64,000 nt of DNA from Candidatus Levyibacteriota bacterium (GCA_039738415.1 JBCLLY010000002.1:9792-73791), one strand, 5' to 3'; counted from the first letter of the stretch, positions 9,504 through 18,976 are shown. The notes: generated from the letters alone by a model not told the origin. Numbers and translations are program-made.

Positions 9504-11318
9504 ATGAGGCTATTTTTTTCTTTCCTAACAATTCTAATTTTCTTGTTTGGTTATAATAAGGTGGTCTTTGCAGATGAGAATTTCGATATTTGGGCAAAAA
9601 CTACTTATAGGGTAAGTTCCGACAATAAAACTTATGTTAATCATAATATTTCCATTCTAAACAAGAAGGAATTTATATTTTCTCCAACCTACAGTATTTC
9701 CTTTGGACTTGAGAATATCGGAAATACCAGAGTATTTAATACGAGTGGGTCAATTCCATATGACCTGAAAAAAGAAAATGGAGTAATTAATTTAACGATT
9801 AATTTCCTAAATCCTCCCAAGGGTATAAATACAGTAAATAATTTTACGCTTAGTTATGAAACAGACGAGTTGTTAGAAAAAAAAGGAAGTATTTACGAAG
9901 TAGACATTCCGGGCATTTCAAATCCTGATAGCTTTACAGAGTATGAAACAGAAATTATTGTTCCAAACGCCTTTCCCCAAATAAAGATTATCAAACCCAA
10001 CTTGCCCGAGAAAAAAAACAACTTGGTCTTTTCAAAGGAAGAAACAAAGGGTGCGGGAGTTGTTTTAATTTTTGGAGATGCACAGTACTATTATTTGGAT
10101 TTAACCTACAATATTTCAAATCCAAATCTTTTTCCAATTGTAACAGAAGTAGCTCTCCCACCGGACACAAATTATCAGAAGGTTTTAATTGAAAGTCTGA
10201 GCCTTAAACCAAGTGGTGTGAAAATTGACACTGATGGAAATTGGTTAGCCCAGTATCCGCTTTTGCCACGTGAGAAAAAGACAATAAATGCGAAAGTTAG
10301 GGTAATGCTTTACTCAATGCCAAGAGAAATCTCCCTGAACAAGGCGCAAATATCCTTATACACTAAGCCAAATAAGTATTGGGAGGTAAATGATTTGCAG
10401 ATTAAAAAACTTGCTGATGAGCTAAAAACTCCCGGGAAAATATATGAATACGTGGTGGAAAAACTTAATTACGATTTTGAGAAAACTTCGTCAGACAATG
10501 AAAGATTTGGTGCAAAAAAGGCACTCGATAACCCGGATAATGCAGTTTGTCTAGAATATGCGGATCTTTTTGTTACTCTTGCAAGAAGCGCAGGGATTCC
10601 CGCCCGGACTGTCGAGGGTTACGCATATACTAGAAATTCAAAACTCCGCCCATTGTCGCTAAATGGTGATGTGCTGCACGCTTGGGCGCAGTATTATGAC
10701 TTTGAAAAAAAAGCGTGGATAATGGTTGACCCTACATGGGGAAGCACAACGAGGGGAATTGATTATTTTAATAATTTGGATTTAGACCATATAGCTTTTG
10801 TAATAAAGGGTGAGGAGAGTACTTACCCAATTCCTGCGGGCGGTTATAAATTTGAAAATGAATCAAAAGACTTAGAGGTTTCGTTTTTGAGCCAGGAGCA
10901 GTTTAAGGTTAAAGAAAATATTGTAATCAGTAATACTTTCTCAAAATTTAGCTTTGCCGGAATTCCTATTTCGGGATTTGTAAATGTAGTAAATAATGGT
11001 AACAGTTTTATTTCATCAAAATCCGTTACTGTTACAAATAGTTCAACCGGTCAGATTAAAGAATACGAGATAAAAAACATTCCTCCTTTTGGTCAAGAGT
11101 CATTTTTGGTGACTTTTGATACCTCATTTTTTACAAATTCAAGCCACAATATTAAAATCCAAATTGATGATTTGGAGGAAAATATTGAAGTTAAAGTTTC
11201 TTTAATTCCGGATTTAAATATAATTTTGATGGGAGGTGGTATTTTTGCTGCAACGGGAATTGTTACTTTCTTTACCTACAAAACCTGGCGTGTATATTTA
11301 CAAAGACGCAGGAAATAA
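9504..11318 (+). CDS. membrane-anchored transglutaminase-like domain protein
   Basis: It has an N-terminal signal/TM segment and a C-terminal TM segment. The core reads AVCLEYADLFVTLARSAGIPARTVEGYAY...HAWAQYYD...WIMVDPTW, matching a Cys-His-Asp transglutaminase-like core. Confidence 0.7.
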   Translation: MRLFFSFLTILIFLFGYNKVVFADENFDIWAKTTYRVSSDNKTYVNHNISILNKKEFIFSPTYSISFGLENIGNTRVFNTSGSIPYDLKKENGVINLTINFLNPPKGINTVNNFTLSYETDELLEKKGSIYEVDIPGISNPDSFTEYETEIIVPNAFPQIKIIKPNLPEKKNNLVFSKEETKGAGVVLIFGDAQYYYLDLTYNISNPNLFPIVTEVALPPDTNYQKVLIESLSLKPSGVKIDTDGNWLAQYPLLPREKKTINAKVRVMLYSMPREISLNKAQISLYTKPNKYWEVNDLQIKKLADELKTPGKIYEYVVEKLNYDFEKTSSDNERFGAKKALDNPDNAVCLEYADLFVTLARSAGIPARTVEGYAYTRNSKLRPLSLNGDVLHAWAQYYDFEKKAWIMVDPTWGSTTRGIDYFNNLDLDHIAFVIKGEESTYPIPAGGYKFENESKDLEVSFLSQEQFKVKENIVISNTFSKFSFAGIPISGFVNVVNNGNSFISSKSVTVTNSSTGQIKEYEIKNIPPFGQESFLVTFDTSFFTNSSHNIKIQIDDLEENIEVKVSLIPDLNIILMGGGIFAATGIVTFFTYKTWRVYLQRRRK

Positions 11319-12540
11319 TGTTATTTATGTTGGTAAGGCAAAGGATTTAAAAAAAAGGGTATCTTCTTATTTCTCAAATAAGCCACTTGATGCAAAAACT
11401 ATAAAGCTGGTAAGTGAGGTTAACTCACTTGATTTTATATTGACCGGATCTGAAATAGAGGCTTTCTTGCTTGAGTCTACGCTTATAAAAAAACATAAAC
11501 CTTTTTATAACATAAAGCTTATGGATGATAAGTCCTATCCATATATAGCAATTACCAAAGGAACAAACCCGGCTGTGCTTCTAGTTAGAAACACAAGTGA
11601 CAAAAATGCCTATTATTTCGGTCCGTATACACAGGCAAAAGCTGTAAAGACAGTTCTCAAACTTATCAGGAAAATATTTCCGTATCAGTCTGTCAAAAAT
11701 CATCCAAAAAAAAAGTGTTTGTATTTTCACTTAGGACTTTGTCCGTGTATTCGTAACGGCCCTGAGGGTTTGGAAATCTATAAAAAAAATCTAAACAGAA
11801 TTCGTAAATTTTTGAAAGGAGAGGTAAATTCTGTAATAAATGATTTAATGCGGGAGCAGAAAAAATTTGTAAAAAAGGAAAATTTTGAACAAGCCGCAGA
11901 GGTTCAACACAAAATGGATTTTATAAAATTAATTACCAGTGAGCAGTATGACCCTTTCCGCTATCTTGAGCAACCGGATTATTATTATCAGAGAATAACT
12001 GATGAAATTAAGTCTTTAGAAAATATTCTGGGAGGTTATTTTGAAAAGTTAAATTTAAAACGAATTGAATGTTATGATATTTCAAACTTTCAGGGAAAAG
12101 AAGCAACAGGCAGTATGGTTGTTTTTATAAACGGTGACAAAAGCGCCAAGGATTATCGCCGGTTTAAAATCCGCAGCAAAGATAGCCCTGATGACTTTTT
12201 AATGATGAAGGAAATGCTAACCAGAAGATTTAAAAATGATTCCTGGCAAGACCCTGATTTGATAGTAATAGATGGCGGTAAAGGACAGGTAAGTACTGCG
12301 CTTACTGCTTTAGTTTATTGCAAGAAAAATATACCATTGATAGGGCTTGCGAAGCGTGAGGAGACAATAGTAATGACGCAGAAGCAACTTGGGAAAAAAC
12401 TGCAATTTATAGAAATTAAACTTCCGAAAGATACGGGCGGAATAAATTTATTACGCGCAATCCGCGACGAGGCGCACAGATTTGCGATAACATATCATAG
12501 ACTACTACGAAAAAAACGCATGTTGTCGGATTTAAAATAA
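11236..12540 (+). CDS. uvrC: excinuclease ABC subunit C, short form lacking the C-terminal (HhH)2 domain
   Basis: It has a GIY-YIG N-terminus (PGVYIYKDAGNNVIYVGKAKDLKKRV), a UVR-like segment and an endonuclease domain ending EAHRFAITYHR. Length is 434 aa. The start is uncertain (GTG 11236, or TTG 11245 or 11260) and overlaps the upstream gene. Confidence 0.85.
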   Translation: MVFLLQRELLLSLPTKPGVYIYKDAGNNVIYVGKAKDLKKRVSSYFSNKPLDAKTIKLVSEVNSLDFILTGSEIEAFLLESTLIKKHKPFYNIKLMDDKSYPYIAITKGTNPAVLLVRNTSDKNAYYFGPYTQAKAVKTVLKLIRKIFPYQSVKNHPKKKCLYFHLGLCPCIRNGPEGLEIYKKNLNRIRKFLKGEVNSVINDLMREQKKFVKKENFEQAAEVQHKMDFIKLITSEQYDPFRYLEQPDYYYQRITDEIKSLENILGGYFEKLNLKRIECYDISNFQGKEATGSMVVFINGDKSAKDYRRFKIRSKDSPDDFLMMKEMLTRRFKNDSWQDPDLIVIDGGKGQVSTALTALVYCKKNIPLIGLAKREETIVMTQKQLGKKLQFIEIKLPKDTGGINLLRAIRDEAHRFAITYHRLLRKKRMLSDLK

Positions 12541-12577
12541 TATTGTTCTTATATTCTTACTGTGGTACGCTTATATT

Positions 12578-12982
12578 ATGAAAGGTTTTTTCCAGGAGAT
12601 TATCATAAATTCTGCTGCACTTTATATAACTTTAAGTATCTTTACAGGACTTGGTGTAAGCGGCGGATTTTGGGGAATTTTTACAGCTGCAGTTCTTATA
12701 ACCATAGGATTTAGAGTTTTAAAGCCGGTTATAAATATTATAACTTTACCTCTCAATGTAATTACATTTGGGCTTTTTCAGGCTTTAGTTGTTGCTTTTA
12801 TCGTATTTCTAATTACACTTATCTATCCCCAAATGCAGATTACTCCATTTCAATTTGTAGGCGCTCAATTTTTCGGAATAATAATTCAGCCATTTTTTGT
12901 AACTTTGTTTTTGTCTTACATAATAATTTCTGGTACAATATACCTCATTAACCGTAGCCTGTTCTGGCTTTTCGATTTATGA
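12578..12982 (+). CDS. small polytopic membrane protein (phage-holin-4/DUF360-like)
   Basis: 134 aa with four hydrophobic segments and an LKPVINIITLPLNVITFGLF pattern. Confidence 0.45.
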   Translation: MKGFFQEIIINSAALYITLSIFTGLGVSGGFWGIFTAAVLITIGFRVLKPVINIITLPLNVITFGLFQALVVAFIVFLITLIYPQMQITPFQFVGAQFFGIIIQPFFVTLFLSYIIISGTIYLINRSLFWLFDL

Positions 12983-13194
12983 GTATATTGACTTTTTTTC
13001 AGATTATAGTATCTCTGCTAATAGTAGCTACTGTAATTTTACAGTCACGTGGAAGTGATGCCGGAATGGCATTCGGAGGGGGAGGGGAGACATTTAGAAG
13101 TAAAAGGGGGCTTGAAAAAGTATTATTTTACGCGACAATTATTTTAGTCGTATTATTTGCTTCAAACTCAATTTTAGCACTTATTTCACGTTAA
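12979..13194 (+). CDS. secG: preprotein translocase subunit SecG
   Basis: 71 aa with two TM segments flanking a Gly-rich loop (GSDAGMAFGGGGETF). Confidence 0.8.
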   Translation: MSILTFFQIIVSLLIVATVILQSRGSDAGMAFGGGGETFRSKRGLEKVLFYATIILVVLFASNSILALISR

Positions 13195-13200
13195 AAAATT

Positions 13201-14550
13201 ATGGCGCTTCAAAACAAACGCTATTATACGTGGCTGGTAAAAGCGTATTTCAAGCGTTGGAAAAAAACAATTATTACTGCTATTGCGATAAGCATCTTCG
13301 TATCACTTGGGCTTATAGGTCTTAGCATTTTCTATATTATTCCTCTTCTTTCAAATGACGAAGTCCGTACGGGATACTGGGGTGCATACCGCGTTGAGGA
13401 CATACCTAACGAAGTTATAGGAGAAATCAGTATGGGGTTAGTTAAGGTTAACGATGACGGTAGTATTTCTCCTGCCGCTGCAAAAAGCTGGGATATAAAA
13501 GACAACAAAGAATACACTTTTTATCTAAGAGACGATTTGAGATTTCACAATAAAGTAAAATTTTCCGCAAAAACCGTTCCCTTTAATTTCGAAAACGTTA
13601 CGCGTGAGATTATTGATGAAAATACAATCCGTTTTACTTTAAAAGATCCTTACTCACCTTTTTTAACTGCGGTGTCCGAACCAATATTGCTAAAAGATTT
13701 ATCAGGGTTGGGGAAGTATAGGATACAAAATATCGAGCTTAACGCCGGGTTTGTTAAATCTCTTAAAATAAAAACTGTTGGAAAACCAAACGATGTTAAA
13801 ATAATAACTTTTTACCCGTCTGAAGAGGCGTTAAAGATCGCCTTTGCTTTGGGGGAAATTGATAGTGCTGAAAATATTTTCAATGTTAAATTACACAAAG
13901 AGTATGATTTGGATAAATGGCCATCTGTAAGAGTTGAAGAAAAAATTGACGAAGACATTGTCGTAACAGTTTTTTTTAATACGAGAGACAGTGTTTTGTC
14001 AGACAAAAGAATAAGACAGGCCTTGCATTACGCATTACCAAAAGAAACTACATTGGGGAAAAGGTCGTATTCTCCTATTAGAGAAAGTTCAATTTATTTT
14101 TCCAAACCGCCAAATTATGGGATAGCGGATAAAGAGCTTGCGCGTGAAATTTTGAAAACTACTGATGGAATTGAGGGTAAATTAAAAATTAAAGTTGCTT
14201 CCGATTTAGAGGAAGCCGGCAAGCTAGTTCAGAAAAGTTGGAGTCAGATAGGTGTAGATTCTGAAATAGAGCTGGTGGACGACTTACTTCAAAATTTTCA
14301 GGTTCTTATTTACGAAATGAGAGTACCTGTAGATCCTGATCAATATATTTTGTGGCATTCCGATCAGATGAACAATATCGTTGGTTACAAGAATCTAAGA
14401 ATAGACAAACTGCTTGAAGACGGACGTTCGATAACTAACGTAAGTGCGCGGAAGGAAATTTACGCGGATTTTCAAAAATACTTGATGGACGATTTACCTG
14501 CGTCATTTTTCTATCAACCTAAGGTCTATAGTCTCTATCGGGAGAGGTAA
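13201..14550 (+). CDS. ABC transporter substrate-binding protein, family 5 (peptide/nickel type), short form
   Basis: It has an N-terminal TM anchor. AAAKSWDIKDNKEYTFYLRDDLRFHN is typical of SBP_bac_5 proteins. Confidence 0.65.
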   Translation: MALQNKRYYTWLVKAYFKRWKKTIITAIAISIFVSLGLIGLSIFYIIPLLSNDEVRTGYWGAYRVEDIPNEVIGEISMGLVKVNDDGSISPAAAKSWDIKDNKEYTFYLRDDLRFHNKVKFSAKTVPFNFENVTREIIDENTIRFTLKDPYSPFLTAVSEPILLKDLSGLGKYRIQNIELNAGFVKSLKIKTVGKPNDVKIITFYPSEEALKIAFALGEIDSAENIFNVKLHKEYDLDKWPSVRVEEKIDEDIVVTVFFNTRDSVLSDKRIRQALHYALPKETTLGKRSYSPIRESSIYFSKPPNYGIADKELAREILKTTDGIEGKLKIKVASDLEEAGKLVQKSWSQIGVDSEIELVDDLLQNFQVLIYEMRVPVDPDQYILWHSDQMNNIVGYKNLRIDKLLEDGRSITNVSARKEIYADFQKYLMDDLPASFFYQPKVYSLYRER

Positions 14551-16912
14551 CTCTTTTAAAAATAACCAAATCTCTTGCATCAACCGTAACGGTAAATTCC
14601 TCGTTATAAAGTTTTAACTCTTCTATTAGGTTTGAATTGTTTTTAAAAAAAACTAAATAATCAGCGATATCTATACCATTTGGAATTATATAAATTCTCT
14701 CTCTTTGAACTAAATGCGCGGCAATATTATTTGTGGCAGTTACTATTGCTTCATTTGGTATTAAATTTATCGCTTTATAGACATCAGTTTTGTTTTTAAA
14801 TGTTTCAAAACCTGCAATATCTGAGTTTTTCAAACCGGGGAGTGGTGAAAATTTCCAAGTGGAGTAAAGTATAAAAAAGAGTAAATAGTAAAAAATAATA
14901 TTTAAAGCTAAATTCCTATTTTTAACTTTTGAAAGTATTTTTTTAACTCCATAAATTGATGATATGTATACAAAAGGAACTATTAAAGCTCCATAATGAT
15001 ACTGAATAGAACGTAAATTTGGATTACTGGAGAAAAGATTTATCATAAAATCCGGAAGAAGAAAAATAGCATAAAGTGGCGAAAACACTGAGAGAAAACC
15101 GACCGGAAGAAAGGTAATATAAATATAGTCAAGAGTCTGGGGACTTATTAACCGCGAAAAAAATGCACTGGGACGCAAAATTGGACTAAGTATAACTTCA
15201 ATAGTTGAATTACCTAAATAAGAGAGGTATTCCAGCGCAAAGTGATCTTCTCCCCGAAAGTTGGGAATTATGTAACTCATTAAAATTAAAAAAAACAGAA
15301 AAGAACCTATAAAAAGCAGTGAACCAAATATTTTTTCACCCTGCACGACAATACCTCGGCTTGCAGCCGCGAGGCGAACGGTAAGGTTGTGGGTACGGGG
15401 TTTACTCTTTATGAATAAAAAACCTCCAAAAATTGCGGAAACAAGATAAACGTTTTCTTTGGTTATAACTGCAAGAAATAGAAACAACGCAAATAACTTG
15501 TAACGTTTTTCTATCATAAAATAAAATGCACCTAGGAGAAAAGTAGTTGCAAGACTTACTGCGTGAAAGTCAAAAATATTTTGTTCCTGGACAAAATAAT
15601 TAAGGTAATATCCTATGCTAAATATTGCTGCAATTTTTTCCGAATTTAATATTTTCTTTGCTATTAGATATACAAATATTCCCCCCAAACCCAGCACGAC
15701 TGTTTGGGATATCAGTAATAAATTAACGCTTGGATAAATCGCGTACAATGGAGCAAATAGCAAAAGGATAAAGTCGGCATGCGCCGATAATCTGGATAAC
15801 TCGTTGGCACCGTCCGGATTTGAGAATATAAAGAAATTTCCATGTACGCTGTTCCATATTGTATTTTCCATATTTCCCAAATCAAACTTTCCGGAGTAGA
15901 AATTAAAGTGCCTTGAAATAGTAAAGAAAGTAAAATATGAAACGTATATAAAACTTGAAAGCAAAACTACAGTAAACCCGGAAAATTTAAAACGTAACCT
16001 TGCTAATTTTAGGAATCTATGACAAGCCCAAGCAAATGAAAGGAATATAATTTCACTTATTACTAAAAAAATACGGGTAAAAATAGCGACTGCGGCGGCG
16101 GCGTAGATAGGTAAAAAGGGGGCAAGCAGAAAGGCAGTTACAGCTTCTCTTACGCCAAGTCCCATCGGGGCGATGAAGGATAGGTACCCAATCAGCCAAC
16201 CTAAGACAAATATTGAAGAAAACAAAATTACCAGATTGGGACTGTTGGGAAATACTGCGGTCGCAAGGAAATAATTTGCAATTCCAAAAAATCCCCAAGC
16301 CAAAGAAGAGATTGAGATTACATTAAGATAGGAGAAAAAGTTTTTTGTTGGAAATAGTTTTTGGAAGTACTCAATTATCAACTTGCCTTTTTTAGGTAAA
16401 ACTTTAACCAATAGTATTACAATTACAAGCATAATTAAAAGAAACAGTATTATAAATTTAAAATATTTAAAATCTAAAATTTGAAGTATTGCGGGAGTAG
16501 AAATTAAAAGCGCTGATATTACCATTACAAACGCCTCGAGAATAATTGCTTTTACAAGTATTGTCTTTGAATAAGCTTTGCCGTTAAATTTGCCAGCTCT
16601 TGAAATAAAGGAAAAAATATTTCCGGGAACGTACCGTTTTGTCTCGGCAAGTGAGTATAAATAAACGCTTTCTGAAATACTTTTTTCTCTTTCTCCAAAT
16701 AATTCAAGAAGCTTTATCCACGAAAGAGACCTGATCAGGAAAAAACCGCTCATAAAAAAAACTCCTATGATAAGCAGGGTTGGATTTGCGGAAAAGATAT
16801 GCTTTTCAATTTCTTGCCAAGAAGTGAATAAAATTTTTCCTATGAAAAAAAATGAAATTAAAGTTAGGGGAATGCCCAATAGCATTTTTGCTATTTTTTT
16901 CATCCGGTTCAT
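14519..16912 (-). CDS. large polytopic membrane protein (flippase-like UPF0104 region fused to a DUF2079-like region)
   Basis: 797 aa with many TM segments and a GKFDLGNMENTIWNSVHGNFF motif. It is translationally coupled to the upstream GT2 gene. Confidence 0.5.
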   Translation of the reverse strand: MNRMKKIAKMLLGIPLTLISFFFIGKILFTSWQEIEKHIFSANPTLLIIGVFFMSGFFLIRSLSWIKLLELFGEREKSISESVYLYSLAETKRYVPGNIFSFISRAGKFNGKAYSKTILVKAIILEAFVMVISALLISTPAILQILDFKYFKFIILFLLIMLVIVILLVKVLPKKGKLIIEYFQKLFPTKNFFSYLNVISISSLAWGFFGIANYFLATAVFPNSPNLVILFSSIFVLGWLIGYLSFIAPMGLGVREAVTAFLLAPFLPIYAAAAVAIFTRIFLVISEIIFLSFAWACHRFLKLARLRFKFSGFTVVLLSSFIYVSYFTFFTISRHFNFYSGKFDLGNMENTIWNSVHGNFFIFSNPDGANELSRLSAHADFILLLFAPLYAIYPSVNLLLISQTVVLGLGGIFVYLIAKKILNSEKIAAIFSIGYYLNYFVQEQNIFDFHAVSLATTFLLGAFYFMIEKRYKLFALFLFLAVITKENVYLVSAIFGGFLFIKSKPRTHNLTVRLAAASRGIVVQGEKIFGSLLFIGSFLFFLILMSYIIPNFRGEDHFALEYLSYLGNSTIEVILSPILRPSAFFSRLISPQTLDYIYITFLPVGFLSVFSPLYAIFLLPDFMINLFSSNPNLRSIQYHYGALIVPFVYISSIYGVKKILSKVKNRNLALNIIFYYLLFFILYSTWKFSPLPGLKNSDIAGFETFKNKTDVYKAINLIPNEAIVTATNNIAAHLVQRERIYIIPNGIDIADYLVFFKNNSNLIEELKLYNEEFTVTVDARDLVIFKRVTSPDRDYRP

Positions 16913-17847
16913 TTGGAGCTTTCAGAGTCAAATTTAATAGGAAAATCAGAAATTTCCTTACGGTTAAAATTAACGATTAAATCAGCAACAAGCCCTGTTA
17001 ACATGACTTGAAATCCGGTAATTACAAAAAGCACACCAAATATTAAAAGTGGTCTTTGTCCTATTTGCGCACCAAAAAGCTTAATGACAAATAAATAGAA
17101 AAGTGCTGCCATTCCTATAAAAGCAATTGGAGCTCCTATTTTTGTAAAAAAATGAAGAGGGCGCTTAGTATATTTTGTAAGAAAATAAATCGTCATAAGA
17201 TCAGGGATGTCTGTTAAAATTTTTGTTGGCTTATATTTCGATACACCATAAAGTCTGGGGTGGTGTTTTATAGAGGCTTCGGAAACTTTAAATCCTAACT
17301 CTTTCGAAATAATAGGAATAAATCTGTGCATTCCGCCATATAGAAATAATTCTTTTGCAACATCATTTTTCATTACTTTTAATCCGCAGTTGAGATCATG
17401 AACCTTTACATTAAATAGAGATGACATTAATGAATTAAAAAACTTCGAAGAAATTACTTTTAGAATTGAGTCTCGTCTTTTTTCTCTCCAGCCGGAGACA
17501 AGATCGTAACCCTCATCAAGCTTGTTGGTAAGTTTTACTATTTCTGCAGGATCGTCTTGGAGATCTGCATCCATCATTACCACCAGTTTGCCTTTGGCTT
17601 TTTGAAAACCCAATGTTAATGCCGGTGACTTGCCCAAATTTCTTCTTAAGGAAATTAGTCTAATGTTGTCATTTTTTTTGCTTATTTCTTTTAAAATCTC
17701 TACTGATTTATCAGTAGACCCGTCGTCAATGAAAATTATCTCAAAAGAATCTTTTTCCAAAGCATTTTCTATTTGCTTTAACAGGACATGTAAGCTTTCT
17801 TCTTCATTTAAAACAGGTATTACCAGAGAGTATTTATAACTTATCAT
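16909..17847 (-). CDS. family 2 glycosyltransferase (polyprenyl-phosphate sugar transferase type)
   Basis: SLVIPVLNEEESL...IFIDDGSTDKS...MDADLQDDP, followed by two C-terminal TM helices. Confidence 0.85.
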   Translation of the reverse strand: MISYKYSLVIPVLNEEESLHVLLKQIENALEKDSFEIIFIDDGSTDKSVEILKEISKKNDNIRLISLRRNLGKSPALTLGFQKAKGKLVVMMDADLQDDPAEIVKLTNKLDEGYDLVSGWREKRRDSILKVISSKFFNSLMSSLFNVKVHDLNCGLKVMKNDVAKELFLYGGMHRFIPIISKELGFKVSEASIKHHPRLYGVSKYKPTKILTDIPDLMTIYFLTKYTKRPLHFFTKIGAPIAFIGMAALFYLFVIKLFGAQIGQRPLLIFGVLFVITGFQVMLTGLVADLIVNFNRKEISDFPIKFDSESSK

Positions 17848-17931
17848 ACGAATATTATAGCAAGAATTGAATTTATTTGTAGCTTAAGGATAAATTCTGT
17901 TAAAATAACAATACTCTCATTTGGGAGAAGG

Positions 17932-18004
17932 GCGCCTGTAGCTTAATGGATAGAGCACCTCGCTTCGGACGAGGCGGTTGGGGGTTCGACTCCCTTCAGG
18001 CGCG
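17932..18004 (+). tRNA. tRNA-Arg(UCG)
   Basis: Hand-folded cloverleaf: acceptor GCGCCTG/CAGGCGC, anticodon arm CCTCG CTTCGGA CGAGG, T loop TTCGACT. No encoded CCA. Confidence 0.85.
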
Positions 18005-18053
18005 CCTCACTTTGTTCGGCGTAAACGCCTTTAATAGTTGAACAGGTTTATAT

Positions 18054-18299
18054 ATGTGGTTCGTTTACATACTCGAGTGTTCCGACAGAACTCTCTTTAC
18101 AGGAATAATAACTAATGTTTTGCGGAGAATTAACGAGCATAATTTAAAAATTGGTGCGAAGTCTTTAAGAGGAAAGTTGCCCGTTAAACTAGTATATAAA
18201 GAATTGTATAATAGTCAAACCAAAGCCGCACAAAGAGAGCGAGAAATTAAAGGGTGGAGGCGAGAAAAGAAATTAAATTTAATTCAGGGTTTACCCTGA
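18054..18299 (+). CDS. GIY-YIG nuclease superfamily protein (UPF0213-like)
   Basis: 81 aa. WFVYILECSDRTLFTGIITNVLRRINEHN...REREIKGWRREKK. It lies between two tRNA genes. Confidence 0.8.
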   Translation: MWFVYILECSDRTLFTGIITNVLRRINEHNLKIGAKSLRGKLPVKLVYKELYNSQTKAAQREREIKGWRREKKLNLIQGLP

Positions 18300-18315
18300 A
18301 TAGCGCAGCTATGAA

Positions 18316-18388
18316 GGGCGACTAGCTCAATTGGTAGAGCAATTCCCTCTTAAGGAATCGGTTCAGGGTCCGAGTCCCTGGTCGCTCA
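18316..18388 (+). tRNA. tRNA-Lys(CUU) with atypical T loop (TCCGAGT, C at position 55)
   Basis: Acceptor GGGCGAC/GTCGCTC, anticodon arm ATTCC CTCTTAA GGAAT, T arm CAGGG TCCGAGT CCCTG. Confidence 0.8.
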
Positions 18389-18504
18389 CACTTTAACAAT
18401 CTCAGTGTTTCACACTGAGATTGTTGGAGATTGGTCGGGACGAGGAGTTTATCCCGCTGAGCAAAGCGAAGGAACTGAAAGCGGGAAGTCCCTGGTCGCT
18501 CACA
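18373..18504 (+). repeat. direct repeat of the tRNA-Lys 3' end flanking a structured 96-nt spacer
   Basis: AGTCCCTGGTCGCTCACA occurs at 18373-18390 and again at 18487-18504. The spacer holds a perfect 14-bp hairpin (18395-18425) and the motif GGGAC GAGGAGTTTAT CCCGC...GCGGG. Confidence 0.85.
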
Positions 18505-18568
18505 AAATTCCGCCGATATGCTTTAATATATTGACAGGAATGTTGAGATCAATGGTATAATATTTTAC

Positions 18569-18976
18569 ATGGTAAAAAACTCTACTTCAAACAAACCACT
18601 CTCAAAAGACGATTTGGATACAGCCCTTAAGGCATATGCAACTAAAGCAGATTTGAACAAAGCAGTTAAGGGCTCTGAAAGAATTTTAAGAGCTGAAATT
18701 CTAAAAGTTGAAGGAAAAGTAGAGAATGTTGAAGTTGTCCTGAAAAGACTTGAAGGAAAAGTAGAGAATGTTGAAGATGGTCTGAAAAGACTTGAAGGAA
18801 AAGTAGACAAAATGGATTCCACAATTGAAAAGATTTCAAATCAATTGGATGGTTTTGTTGGAAGAGTTGACGATTTAACCAACGATAACGAGATTGGCGC
18901 TGACCAAATTCATCGACTGCGTGAAGATGTTAAAGAACGCGGTAAAAGAATCGCAAAACTTGAATCCCCAAATTAA
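18569..18976 (+). CDS. coiled-coil protein with 14-aa (42-nt) tandem repeats
   Basis: Repeats read EGKVENVEVVLKRL / EGKVENVEDGLKRL / EGKVDKMD. TTGACA (18531-18536) and TGGTATAAT (18553-18561) sit 7 nt before the ATG, so the mRNA is apparently leaderless. Confidence 0.6.
   Translation: MVKNSTSNKPLSKDDLDTALKAYATKADLNKAVKGSERILRAEILKVEGKVENVEVVLKRLEGKVENVEDGLKRLEGKVDKMDSTIEKISNQLDGFVGRVDDLTNDNEIGADQIHRLREDVKERGKRIAKLESPN

Noticed and set aside
1607-9597. Antisense or out-of-frame ORFs inside large conserved genes, for example 1607..2155, 2270..2482, 3828..4079, 5764..5988, 7406..7681 and 9256..9597.
   Set aside because: Each is fully embedded in a strongly supported gene on the other strand or frame, and each has a low-complexity or odd composition.
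18437-18492. The tRNA-end spacer module as a hammerhead ribozyme or a kink-turn.
   Set aside because: A CUGAnGA/GAAA hammerhead core is not shared by the three copies. The bulged strand GAGRAGUUUAU does not place a G.A tandem where a K-turn needs it, since Lys has GG there. Neither model fits all loci.
18487-18504. The repeated tRNA 3' ends as retroelement primer-binding sites.
   Set aside because: The repeats are in the same sense as the tRNA, not complementary. On the opposite strand they would pair with the genomic ACA trailer and not with a CCA-terminated mature tRNA. No reverse transcriptase gene is nearby.
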